Shown here: piece after piece, positions 11,512 through 22,950 of the stretch
Numbering within the stretch: the first letter of the stretch is position 1
Layout: each line of letters starts with the position of its first letter
Assembly: GCF_001194135.2 (NCBI RefSeq)
Contig: NC_069001.1
Coordinates: 19,678,388 to 19,720,554 of the forward strand
Direction: 5' to 3'
Length of the DNA: 42,167 bases
Source: Octopus bimaculoides
Taxonomy: Eukaryota
Notes under the pieces: model-generated
Databases searched by the model: none
The model's input: only the letters and a program-made list of their open reading frames with translations
What the model was told of the DNA's origin: nothing
Translations under genes and position numbers: made by a program

Positions 11512-13950
11512 AAAAGTTGATTATTCAGAATGGGCAGCACTAACTGTTTATGTAAAGAAAAACAATAACAAAATACGAGTATGTGTGGACTTTTCAACAG
11601 GTTTGAATGAATGTTTAAGGACATACACTTATTCACTAACAAGCCCAGATGAAATTTTTGCAAAACTCAATGGAGGAAAATTTTTCTCAAGATTGAACTT
11701 GTCGGAGGCATATGTACAGTTACAAGTTGAGGAAGAATGTTTGAAATTATTAACGATAAACACTCTTAAAGTTTTATATGAATTCAGTCGACTTCCTTTC
11801 AGGATAAAGATGGCACCTAGTATTTTCCAACAGGTGATGGACACGATGCTTGCAGATACAGATTTTGCTATAGCATATTTGGATGACATATTCATAAAAA
11901 GTGAGTCTTGAGTCTAGAGCCAGATCCTTCAAGATCAACGGCAATTAAAAAAATACCTACCCTGCAAAATATTATAACATTACAAGCGTTCTTAGGGCTC
12001 ATGAACTATTACAAAACATACATACCAAACATGCATGAGCTAAGAGCACCCTTAAACAACCTATTGAAAAAGGCATAAAATGGTATTGGTTAGACAGGTA
12101 TTAAAAAGCATTCAAAGAAATTTTAAAAGTTTTAACATCGGAACTGTCATTATCGCACTTTGATCCAAAATTTAAAATAGTAGCAGCATCAGATGCTAGC
12201 AAAAGTGGTATAAGAGTGGTAATTTTACACAAGTATGAAAATGGTAGCGTAAAACCTATTGCTCATGCTTCACCTTCAGTGTTGGCAGCTGAAAAAAACT
12301 ACAGCTAAATTGCGAACTACAGCCATTATTTTTGCAGTGGAAAATTTCACAAATTCATACATGGAAGGAAATTCAGTCTGCAAACACATTGCTGCCCATT
12401 GTTATCAATTTATGAAGCGAGAAAGGGTATCTGCACACATACAGCCAACTGATTGCAGCGCTGGGGGACGGTCCTGCTAAATTATGATTTTAAGATGGAA
12501 TTTCTACCATCAAAAAAATTAGGACATGCGGATGGGCTGTGAAGATTGATTCCTAAATACAATGAACTGTTAGAGGACACGGTAATGGCAGCATTAAAAG
12601 CCAAAATTGAAATAAAAACATAGTACGTGAACTACCTGTCACTTTAGAAGAAATAAAAGTTAAAGCAGAGAAGGATGTGATCATAATAAAAATGAAAAAT
12701 ATACTGAAGTTTGAAACAAATACAAAAACTCACGTGATCAAGCATAACACAGTTTCAAAATGGTATTCGATATGTGATGACATACTTATGTACGTTCAGA
12801 AGGTTGTAATACCTGTTTCTTTGGAAAGCCGTATGTTAAAAGAACATCCAAGAATCGCGAGAATGAAAGCATTGATGAGAAGCTATGTTTACTGGACGAA
12901 TATGGATCAGGATATTGAAAAAATGGTGAAAGCCTGCAGGGGTTGTGCCCTGGCAGCAAAGGTGCCACCTGTAAAAATTCAACCTTGGCCCAACACTGAT
13001 GTACCTTGGTCAAGATTACACATAGATTTCGCAGGACCGTTAAATGGAGAGTATTATCTAACAGTTGTGGATAGTTACACAAAATGGCCAGAAATATGTA
13101 AATGTGGGAAGCCAATCTCCAAAGTAACAATGGAATTTCTGGACGAACTATTTGGTGCAATATGACGTCCCAAACACTACAGTGTCTGATAACGGAACAC
13201 AGTTTACGTCAGAGGAATTTGCAAACTTGCAAAATGCATGCAATGCAGCATATTACTACTCCACCATACCATCCGAGATCACATGAACTAGTGGAACATT
13301 TCATAAACACATTTAAGAGGGTGCTGAAAAAATCTAGAAATGAACTACTTGCTGATACTGCATTGATGCAATTCTTAAGTGTCTACCAAATAACACCTAA
13401 CCCCAACACCACATCAGGTGTGTTGCCAGCTGAACTAATGTTCGCCAGGAAAGTCAGGTCAGTGTTTGACAAATTAGTATCAGGAAGAAAAGAAAAAATG
13501 GAGAGAAACACTGAAAATAAGATGAAATACTTCAAAATTGGTGACATGGTTTTTTTTCAAATATACAAAAATGGAAAGGAAAGTTAGGATGAAGTTATAA
13601 TATGCCAATGTTTAGGAAAGATAACCTACATGGTAAAAGGCCATATGTGGGAACACAAAAGACATTTAAATCAATTTTAAAAAATGGTTTACAGAAAAAA
13701 GAATAAGACATGAAGAACCAATGGAATTTCTTTATGATATTTTTGATACCTCAGGGAATAATCGAACCAATGAATACAGTAACTAGGAAAAGAAAGCAAA
13801 CAGAACTTTTGCAAGTAGGCCCAAAACGAAAAAAATATTCCAATTTCTTCTCAGGGAGTTGAAAAAAAAGTGGGGGAGAGGTGGTAATAAAGATAATAAA
13901 TAAAAGGAAAATATTGACTTCCAGCGAAAGTCAAACTCAAAAAGGGGAGA

Positions 13951-14174
13951 TGTTGTGGTGAAATCCTGACACCCCTGTAGGATAGCAAGTCAACTGTCCT
14001 AAACTGTATGAAGGCACATGTGCAGTCAGTGAAGGACAGTGTTTTGTGAAGATAGTCATAGAAGTCATTGAGAAGAGGTATTTGTATTGTTGTAACCTTA
14101 TTATAAGTCCACATTATAAAGTGGCATATACAGTGAGTTCAAGAAGTACATAATAGTGTCAACGAGACACAACA
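13951..14174 (+). repeat. Gypsy 3' LTR
   Basis: TGTTGTGGTG...CAACA immediately after the PPT. Aligns to the 5' LTR with substitutions and indels. Confidence 0.92.
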
Positions 14175-14737
14175 TTTCCTATACATCAATAGCCTACTTG
14201 CTGTTACCTCCAACAATGCCAACTCATATGCAGAAAATATCCCTTCATTCCTCTCTCTCTAACCTTCTGCATCCAAGTATTATCCATATGCAATCAAGAC
14301 ACTTTATGCCAAACCTTCACTGTCTTCTTAAAGAGAAAAATCTTGTCCTATTCAACAGCATAGACACCATCAAAACATGCCAAAAACACAATATCATGCC
14401 TCACCTCATAAACAACTTGCAGCTAGAATTCTCAAGGTACATTAAAAATACTAGGCTCCACCGTCGTTAGCAATCTCTCCCTAGCCATCACAAAGACCAA
14501 CCTTCTTCACTGTCAGAATTTACTTCATTTCACAGTAATCTGTACAATATTTTGTTATGGGTTTCTAATAGGCTGGTCCCTGGTTAACTGCATAACTAAT
14601 GCAGTGCAGAATGATTACAAATGATTTTTATTTGGAGAGCACTTTAAAAATTTTCTCAATCTTGTTTACATTCTTTATCAATATACGTTAGTGAAAGGTG
14701 TATGCAAGTATGTATACACACACACACATACAACAAT

Positions 14738-14890
14738 CTTTCATACAGTTCTTATCTACTGAATTCCACTTGTCAGGTACAGGTCAGTCTAAGGCTGTGG
14801 TAAGAAACACTTGCCCAAAGTGTCCTGCAGTAGGATTGAATCCTGAACCATGTGGCTGCAAAGCAAACTTCTTAACCATACACTCATGCC
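14738..14890 (-). mobile_element. tRNA-derived SINE, 5' part
   Basis: Minus: GGTTAAGAAGTTTGCTT...GGTTCAGGATTCAATCC...CACTTTGGGCAAGTGTTTC. Same family as 31070-31437. Confidence 0.75.
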
Positions 14891-15523
14891 GTTTTCTATA
14901 TTTCATCATCTGCACTTGAAGACTCCTTCAAAAGTGACACAATTACAAATCCACTTACATATTATCTGCACTTGTTTTTTTGTTTTTTTTTTTCTTTGAT
15001 GTTTGCTCATTATTTTATTCCTAATGTTTGAAATCATGGCTGCTGGAACTTGTAGTCAGTATGAAGTTGGTTTAAAAAAATTATTCTTATATGCTAAAAA
15101 TTAAAAAAAATAAAACAATTAGAATCCAAGAAAATAATGAGGGTCTGCATTAGCAAGAAAATGTTTTAGAAAATGAGTCAATGAGAGAAGGTCTCTACAT
15201 GGTTGAGCAGCCTGCTAGAAGTTGCAGCAAAATTTTGCTCAAATCATTTCCTTCTGTAATGATACATAAAATATGTAATACTAGATATACATTGTCAGAA
15301 AAATACATGGTCAGTGTCTTTTGATCATAAGTTTGCTTGATGGTGTTAAACAACAACAATAGTTAAGAAAATCTGTAAAATGTGATAAGATTATGTGCTG
15401 TGAAGTTGGAGGTCTAACATTTTAAACAGGGCCCGTCTTTGAAGAAGATACTATAAATATTTTGTGATTTATTTCCTTCAGTTTGTTGTCTTTTAAAATG
15501 GTTTAGAAATTATTTTTTTAAAG

Positions 15524-15605
15524 GTAGCACACCTCACATTTCTGGAGATATTTTAAATTACATGAAGAACATTCCTGGATTAATTCAAATACCTTTCAGT
15601 CACTT
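15524..15605 (+). CDS. QTRT2: QTRT2 homolog coding exon 2 ((G)STPHISGDILNYMKNIPGLIQIPFSH)
   Basis: AG at 15522-15523, GTAAG at 15606. Phases 1 and 2 fit the neighbouring exons. Resembles human [27 protein letters not shown]. Confidence 0.88.
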
Positions 15606-15834
15606 GTAAGTTTTTGCCTCATTTTCCAAACTACTGTTTTTTTTCTTTTCCATACTTATGCTGTGAGTGTCATCAGATGTAAATAATTTTGTTTTCCCAA
15701 TACAAAATATTGAAGAGATTAAATAGAGTATATCAAACTAGATATGTAAACAGTAGGCAAATTTCATCTACTATGTTCATGAATTTTACATTATTTACAA
15801 TTGACGGATATTTGTCCTCATCTTGTTTTTTGTT

Positions 15835-15880
15835 AATACAATGTTTCAGCTGATATACCCTCCAGCCTTCATCAGGTGTC
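15835..15880 (-). ncRNA. Minimal type I hammerhead ribozyme motif
   Basis: Minus: GACAC-CTGATGA-A-GGCTG-GAGGGTATAT-CAGCT-GAAAC-ATT-GTATT. Both core strands are intact; 16.2 is A rather than G. Confidence 0.8.
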
Positions 15881-15950
15881 TTGGGGAAATTTTGAACCTG
15901 GGTTCTCATTCCTAAGGTATTTTTCGTCATCGTCACCGCCGCTGCCGTCG

Positions 15951-16576
15951 TTTTTTCTTTCTTCTTTCTTCAAATTTTCTTCCATTTCTTGCCGAGTGTT
16001 TTCCATACAGCTAGGGCAGAGAAACTCACTGTATGCATTCCCAGTTTACACATGCAAATTTACAGGTAAAATATGTATTTAAAAAAAAAAAAAATTAATA
16101 AATAAAAAAAATTCATGAATGGATGTTGTTTTCACAGCAATAATGCTCTTCTCAGTACATGAGTTGTTCCTGTTAACACGATTTTTTGCACTTCCTGTAG
16201 GGATGGTAAGCCTGGAATCATTTTCAAATAGGTTTCAGTACCTTTTTTTATCATTCCTAGAGATCCTACAATCACTGGTACAGTAGTCGCCTTGAGTTGC
16301 CACATTTTTTCAGTTTCTATTTGCAAATCTTTATATTTACCGATCTTGTCAAATTCTTTCGCCGCTATATTATGATCGCAGGGAATACTCATGTCAATTA
16401 ATAAACACGTCTTCTTTGTCTGATCTTTTATAATAATACTCGGTTTATTAGCTTTTATAAACTTGTCTGTATGTACGGGGAAGTCCCAGAGAATCGATAC
16501 ATTTTCTCCCTTAGTTACAGCTTCAGGATGGTGTTTATACCATTTGTCAGCGGTTTTGATTTTATAATGCCGACAT
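15951..16576 (-). mobile_element. 5'-truncated RLE-type non-LTR retrotransposon (R4/Dong-like) 3' end
   Basis: Minus translation ...ILWDFPVHTDKFIKANKPSIIIKDQTKKTCLLIDMSIPCDHNIAAKEFDKIGKYKDLQIE...VPVIVGSLG is a PD-(D/E)xK RLE domain (catalytic D>S), followed by a 3'UTR and A-rich tail. Confidence 0.85.
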
Positions 16577-16699
16577 ATTACTATTATTATTCAAGTCACT
16601 GCCTGGAATCGAACTCGGAATCTTGGGGTTAGTAGCCCACACTCTTAACCACTACACCATATGCCCGTGAGCATATGGCATAGTGATTAATTTCCCCAA

Positions 16700-16745
16700 G
16701 ACACCTGATGAAGTCTGGAGGGTATATCAGCTAAAACGTTGTATT
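16700..16745 (+). ncRNA. Hammerhead motif, core-mutated (GAAA>AAAA)
   Basis: GACAC-CTGATGA-A-GTCTG-GAGGGTATAT-CAGCT-AAAAC-GTT-GTATT. Confidence 0.75.
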
Positions 16746-16939
16746 AACAACAAACAAGATGAGGATAATGTAAATAATGTACACAATTCCTCATCTCTTA
16801 AATGTAGAACTGTTTCATGAATTTTGTTCTGTTTTTAAGTTACTGATACAGATTCAGTGCAGTAGTGACTAATACTACAGGCTGTATGGCAAGGATGCAA
16901 ATTTACCTCTGAATTAAGATGTCCCTGTAATGTAGTAGT

Positions 16940-17095
16940 TTGGCAAAAGAGACTGAGCAGTTTGGCAAAAGAGAATAAGTACTAGGCTTAAAAAATATCT
17001 TTGGATTGATCTGTGTGCCTAAAACCCTTCAAGGCGATGCTCCAGCATGGCTGCAATCAGATGACTGAAACAAGTAAAAGGTGAAAAAAAAAGAA
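16940..17095 (+). mobile_element. SINE 3' tail fragment
   Basis: AGAATAAGTACTAGGCTT...GCTCCAGCATGGCTGCAATCAGATGACTGAAAC matches the reverse complement of 31070-31200. Confidence 0.7.
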
Positions 17096-17251
17096 TTTCA
17101 GTAATTAGTCTAGTAGTTGTGAATAAGTAATATGGAGAAAGATACACATCTCTACTGTGAATAGTGGGAGCACTATATAATTGCAGAGTATTTTATTAGC
17201 TTGCTGTGCTGCTCTCAGCTTAATACAAAGACTCAAATGTTATGTAAGTTA

Positions 17252-18159
17252 CAGGGTGTTCTGGTTAAATGTGATGATTTTCTTATGTTTCCTTTTGTCA
17301 GGAACAGCTTGATGTATTGGTAAACAGTTAACAGTGTTGGAAAACATAAAGATTAAAGTTGTAGTTGAAAAAAAATTAGCGGACATGGAGAAATGGAAGC
17401 CATCTGAATACTGGAAAAGAGTTGCCTGTATCAAGATGATTCACACTGGGTATCAAAATGTCAACATCATGACTGCTGCTCAATACTCTGTGAACACTGT
17501 AAAGGCTGTAAGATGTGATATAAAGAGTTGCAATGGAAACTATGAAGTTGTGACCAGCAGGAAGGGACACAGTAAGCATTCTGACTGTGTCCACATACCT
17601 AAATCTATCTCCACATCTTTGAACAGGGCCTTAGGCTCAATTCAGATATTTATGTGAAGCTGCTGGAGGTGTGCTCAATCCCCAGTTGGAGAGGGTTGCT
17701 GCTGAGGCTGAGAGGTTGTGTGGAAGCAGGTTTTAGCTCCTTGCAATACTTCTGGAAAGAGTCAAAGGTGATTGTCAGGGAATTTCTACAACTTCATCAG
17801 CCCCAATTTCTAGCCTCCTAATTCCCTCAATTGTTATCCCATTGATTACTATGTGTGGGGCATAATTGAGAAAGACACCAACTGCTCTGCCTGCAACACC
17901 AAGGCTGAGCTGGTGGCCAAGATCAAGGAGGTGTTCAAAGATCCTCCCAAGGACACAGGGAGGAATTAATGCACCAGGTTCTGGAGTCACCTTGAGGTCG
18001 TGGTGAAAGCTGAGGATGGCTACTTTAAGTAAGCTGTTATCTCCCAGCCATAATCTTGTTGATATTTTTTGATTTTTAAAAAATTCTTTTAGTTTTGGAT
18101 GGAATATTGTGTTTCCTTTTCCTTTTATGCAAACTGTCAAATTTAACCTGAAGACCCTG
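17252..18159 (+). mobile_element. Internally deleted Tc1/mariner-superfamily (maT/DD37D-like) element
   Basis: TIRs CAGGGTGTTCTGGTTAAATGTGA and the inverted ...TCAAATTTAACCTGAAGACCCTG with TA TSDs. Transposase N-terminus (MEKWKPSEYWKR) and C-terminus (PNF*PPNSLNCYPIDYYVWG). Confidence 0.88.
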
Positions 18160-18215
18160 TATTTTAGTTTATCACTAATAATTTTAACTTGATTTATTTC
18201 TTTGTTCTGTATTAG

Positions 18216-18279
18216 TGTTGAACATCAGGAAACATTAGAATATTTTGGCAAAGGCATAAGACAGTTTGCTTCACTGAAA
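18216..18279 (+). CDS. QTRT2: QTRT2 homolog coding exon 3 ((F)VEHQETLEYFGKGIRQFASLK)
   Basis: AG at 18214-18215, GTAAGT at 18280, phases 2 and 0. Resembles human [22 protein letters not shown]. Confidence 0.88.
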
Positions 18280-19924
18280 GTAAGTTTTTCCCTCTTAATC
18301 TTTTTTTTCTAAAAGAAAAAAGAAAAAAAATCAATCAGGAATTTAAATTTGTAAAATTGGTGGTTTGAAAGGTTTTTTTATTATTTAAAAAAGATATTTT
18401 CAAATCTGTTGTTGTTGATATGGGAGTATAGGGGTTGTAAAATATTCCTTAATATTGAAGCAACATTTATGATAAATTTAATTTTAATTAGTAATATAAT
18501 GGTTCTATTTTTATTTATACACATTTTAAGTTGGTTTCAAAATTTCAAATTGACCAAACTATAGAACCAATATGAAGTTAGTTGAAGTTGGATTGTTGAG
18601 AGCTAAAGTCTTGGCCCTGAATAGAATACAATGATGAGTATAAACTACTGTTATTTTTGTTGGTCTAGCATTCTATTATGTTCATCCATCTGTAATCTCA
18701 GAAAAACTAAGATATGCTTTGTTAACTATGCTTAATTGTGGTAAATAAAAGGATCTGAGGAAACTAATGATGTCCAGTGTCATCAATTAGTGGGTATAAA
18801 CTGCTTAAAAGTCGATTAAATTAATTTGTCATAAAGAAGACAGAAAGGTCAATATTTCAGTAAGTACTGACTGTCAGAAGGTCCTGCAAAAATATTAGGG
18901 TTTTTTTTTCCCGTCGTTGTAGGCCAATTTATGTTTAAACACGTTGATCCATCATACAGTGAGTTTAGTTCACCAATATTCTTTATTAATTCTTGCATAA
19001 TGGCTGTGAGGTTGCAATGCTGCTGTATTAATCATATATCATAAATTCACTACTGTCATTCTGTTGTAGCTCTGAACAAATTATCTACATTTGCTCACTT
19101 CATTTTACCTGACTGAATAAAAGCAGGTTCGACTCCTACTTTATGATTGAGTGATGGAGGCCAAGGAGAATGTTCAGTCATAAAAACAGTTGCTCTTTCA
19201 AATGAAACATCCAGCCTATGAACCAATAGATACCTCTACTTGGTTGCTTAACACGATAAGAATAATTCTCATGCCATATGCTCCTATTTTAAACAAAGGA
19301 AAGACACATTGGATAATGTAGTCCAAGATATATTATGTCTAAAATAAGACAGGATGGCTACAACTAGATCACCTTTAATTGTTCCTTGGCTGGAACAGGG
19401 CTGACCTTGAGTTAAACAACAACATTCCACATATGCAACATGGAAAAATAGATGCAATACTAAGAAAGGAAATTCTTTATTTACAATATTGCTAGAGATG
19501 CATAAATAGCAAGCAACGTGATCTAAGTTTGTGTACTGAAACTCAAGCAAGCCATTTTAGCTATAGTAAAAAAAAATTATTTTATCATACGACTGTGACC
19601 TGATCACTGGTATGAGCAGCCGTAGAATTGTTTCAGTGAAAAGGTTGCTATAATGCAACAAATCTTTTGGATACGTCATGGAAGAAATGAAAAGTGAATA
19701 TAGTGGTTTTTGTGTAATTCTAAAAGGTGAGAATAGTTTTTCTATATTTATATATTGTTACTCCTGTATTAAGGTCAGATTTAGGCTCAAGCTAAGCAAG
19801 CTATAGAAATCCTTCAAAATCTCAGAATTATATCTCATTCATTGATATAATCTATATTTAAATAATGAATTAGACCAATTAATCTGTGGATTATTTACAT
19901 AGTTTCATTCAAGCTAGAAGAATT

Positions 19925-20125
19925 CTTAGAGCATTGGAAAAATGCTGTACAGTATTTCTTTCACTTTTTTATGTTCTGAGTTCAAATCCCACCTAGACCA
20001 ACTTTGCCTTTTATTCTTTTGGATATGATAACATAAAATAACTGTCAAGGCTTTAGGATCAATGGGATTAACTAATTCTCTACCCTCAAAATGCAGATTT
20101 CATGCCTGGATTAAAAACAATTACT
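19925..20125 (+). mobile_element. Degenerate tRNA-derived SINE
   Basis: B-box-like GAGTTCAAATCCC followed by GACCAACTTTGCCTTTTATTC. Same family as 27330-27558. Confidence 0.6.
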
Positions 20126-20439
20126 TTATAATTATGCTTATAAAAGGAGCTACTCTTCTCCTCACTCCACTCCATTTGGTTATATTATGCATTTTGGAAA
20201 CATTTTTGTCATGTTCAGTTGCTCTCCGTTAGCAATTGCCAAATAGAGCCCATAAAGGATTCCATAGCTAAGGTCCTCACCATGTCTAAATCTTGTCTTG
20301 TTTTATAGGTATTCTTCTGAGGATCCTACAGTTTAAGGCCTTACCCTGTCAAAATCTGGCCTTATTTAATGTGTATTACTTGTATTTTACAAACTGAACA
20401 AAGCAAACATCATTCTTCCATCTCTTTTTTATTTTACAG

Positions 20440-20544
20440 AATGGTTTTATATACACTTCAGTTCAAGATCCTGCTGCAGAAGTTCCATCTGGTTACAATG
20501 ATAAAAATGGTGTAGCAGTTTGGAGTAAAGGTGGAAAAACAATG
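20440..20544 (+). CDS. QTRT2: QTRT2 homolog coding exon 4 (NGFIYTSVQDPAAEVPSGYNDKNGVAVWSKGGKTM)
   Basis: CAG at 20437-20439, donor GTATCC at 20545, phases 0 and 0. Resembles human [35 protein letters not shown]. Confidence 0.92.
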
Positions 20545-20789
20545 GTATCCCATAACCACATTTTTGTTATCTTCCTCTGAATCAGACTTAATATATCACT
20601 TCCTTTAATGCCACCACTTGGTCAGGACATTGAGAGTGATTGTGTGCAGGTAGGCATGTGAGGTAGAGTGAATGGCATTCAGCAGGTAGTGAACATGGGT
20701 GAGGGAAGGTGGATGATGGGAAGATGGGTTGCGGGGAGTTTTGACTGAGGGAGACAGACAGATTGTGTGTTTGTGTTTGAGTGGGTGGG

Positions 20790-22680
20790 GGCATAGATGG
20801 TCAGGCCTGTATGGTCTTGATTTTACTTAGCTGGGCATGTCTTCTCCAGTGCAGTAAATTGCCAGATGTTTCAGTTATTTGTCATCTCCTCAGTGAGGCT
20901 CAACATCTGAAGATCATTTCTCACTACTTCATCCCAAGTCTTCCTCTTCCACAGGTTCCCTCCACAATCAGTGATCAGTACTTCTTTATGCAGCTGTCCT
21001 CATCCATATGCATCACCTGACCATACCAGATGCCTCTTACACAATTTTTTTCTTAAGGCATTTATGCTTTATCAAAAAGGCACACTGACATTACACATCC
21101 AGCAGAGCTTGATGGCTTTGTTTCTTTCAAGCTTTCACATATCTGCTGTCACCATAGCTCATGTTTCACTGCCATGTAGCATAGCTGTCCATACACAGAC
21201 ATCATACAATCTGCCTTTCACTCAGAGAGAGAGAGAGAGAGAGAGACCCTTTGTTACCAACAAAGGTAGCAGCTCTCTGAACTTCGCTCAGGCAGTTCTT
21301 ATTCTAACAACTATGCTTTCAGAGCTTCCTCCACTACTGCTAACTTTATTGCTTAGGTAACAGAACTATTTACTACTTCTAAGGGAGTCTATTTTCTGTA
21401 CATTTCTAGTGATTGTTGTACCTGCACATCTGCCACACATAAAGACTACTTTCTCTGTTAACCTTCCTGTGAATCCACTGCATCTCTTATGAGGCCATAG
21501 TACTGGGTATTCTATATGGAATTTCAGCCTACACCTTTTCTACATGTTGAGCAGAGTCATTTGTTTGAAGGGTTTAGTAATTTGTCTACTTCACTATTTA
21601 CTAGTATCTTAGTTTCTGCTAAATTAATTCTAAGGCTCTTCTGTAATTCTGGTAGAGATTCAACTATAAGAACAAGGTCATCGGCATAGAGGAATTCACA
21701 AGGGTAACCATTCTTAAGTTCCTCTGTTATGGTCTGGAGGATAATGACAAACATGAGGAGGCTGAGAAACAATCCTTGTGAATTCCTGCCTGCACACTGA
21801 ATTCATTGCTGACTTTCACATTTCTGACTGCATCCCTGTACATGGCTTGTATGGCTCTCACTTGCCACTCATCTGTCCCTTGCTTCCAAACTGACCACCA
21901 AATGAGGGAATGAGGGATCCTGTCAAAAGCTTTCTCCATGTTGACAAAAGCCAAGTATTGAGGGTTATCCTTTGTTGAATGCTTCTGCTTTACTAGGAAA
22001 ATAGCATCAATCATGCTTCTTCCTGGCGCAAAACCAAACTGCATCTCATCTAGATTAACTTTCTCCATTATTAGTTGGGCTCTGACCCTTTCTGTAACTT
22101 TCATGGCCTGGTTCAGCATTTTGATACTTCTGTAATTATTTTTGTCTAAGGTGTCACCGTTACTTTTGTAGCAGTTGGCTATTATGCTGTTGTTGGGTAT
22201 GACCCCTTTCTGGACAACCTGATTAACTATGCAGGTGACTAGGTTGTATCCCACTCCACCAGACATTTTAATCATCTCAGCAGTGATTCCTGATGAGTCA
22301 GAGGCTTTCCCTGTCTTCATGACCTTAATTACTTTATCTATTATGTTTACTGTCAACTCAGATAGCTGGTCCTTCTATTGGTTTTGCATTAGGAGAACTC
22401 TCTTCCCATGCATTCTCCAAATTTATCAGCTTCTCATATGTCACTTCCATGCATCTTTCTCTGCAGAATCACGTAGTAAAAGTGTACTATCATCCATGCA
22501 AACACACTTTTCTCCTACAACATCACATTTTTCACTGACACACTGTCTTGAAATCTGGAACATCTCAAACCTCTGGTCCTCTTGCTGAAGATCATTCGCA
22601 AACTCTGCAGAACATTGGGAAATGACTAAAGGACCTTTAATCATAGATCTAGGGCTAAACAACAATAGTCCATCTATGTG
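20790..22680 (-). mobile_element. Older decayed RTE LINE ORF2 (RT and C-terminus)
   Basis: Minus ORFs 21727-22356 (KASDSSGITAEMIK...NYRSIKML...QFGFAPGRS...DAIF...KAFDRIP) and 21557-21772 (EFLYADDLVL). C-terminal RKTWDEV near 20930. Confidence 0.9.
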
Positions 22681-22950
22681 ATATACTATGTGAGATTTTA
22701 TATAATCTGAAGAGGATTTAGCTTATGACTGCAGTACTTCAAGAGACCTCTCTTAATATGTTAAAATCTATTTCTTGTTCAGAAAAATAGCAGCTAAATC
22801 ATCTTCAATTTGTGAAACAGTTTCAATTCTCAGTTGAAATTTGGTTCACTTTAGTTGTACCACAGATGCCCACATACTCTCTTGGCTATTTGCTTCTGTA
22901 AAAACAACTGAAACAAATCAAAAGTTAATTTGTTTATATTGTATATGCAG

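Larger units (their letters stand above)
8947..14174 (+). mobile_element. Full-length decayed Ty3/Gypsy LTR retrotransposon (Mag/K02A2.6-like) in QTRT2 intron
   Basis: Two LTRs, TTTC TSD (8943-8946 and 14175-14178), PBS-like TGGCAATGAG at 9206, PPT AAAAGGGGAGA ending 13950. Two Cys knuckles (~10250-10340), protease LDSGS (~10470), RT YLDD (~11880), RNase H DAS (~12190), integrase (PWSRLHIDFAGP). Many stops and frameshifts. Confidence 0.95.
15788..16813. mobile_element. Head-to-head inverted dimer of the tRNA-head/hammerhead element, with a nested LINE fragment
   Basis: 12-bp TSD TTCATGAATTTT (15776-15787 and 16814-16825). Minus copy (head 16592-16666, HHR 15835-15880), fold at 16645-16690, plus partial copy (HHR 16700-16745, 3' end to 16813). 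Confidence 0.85.

Noticed and set aside
9737-16666. Functional link between tRNA-derived repeats and a tRNA-modifying host gene
   Set aside because: Such repeats appear to be dispersed, and nothing in the sequence shows more than coincidence.
22291-22300. Other CTGANGA hits (22291, 25430-25500, 26060, 15670, 34091, 1752)
   Set aside because: No correctly placed stem II, GAAA, NUH and stem I. Several lie within TE coding sequence.
20545-22950. Possible U12-type intron (donor GTATCC)
   Set aside because: The donor is GTATCCCA rather than GTATCCTT, and no TCCTTAAC-like branch site precedes the acceptor at 22950.
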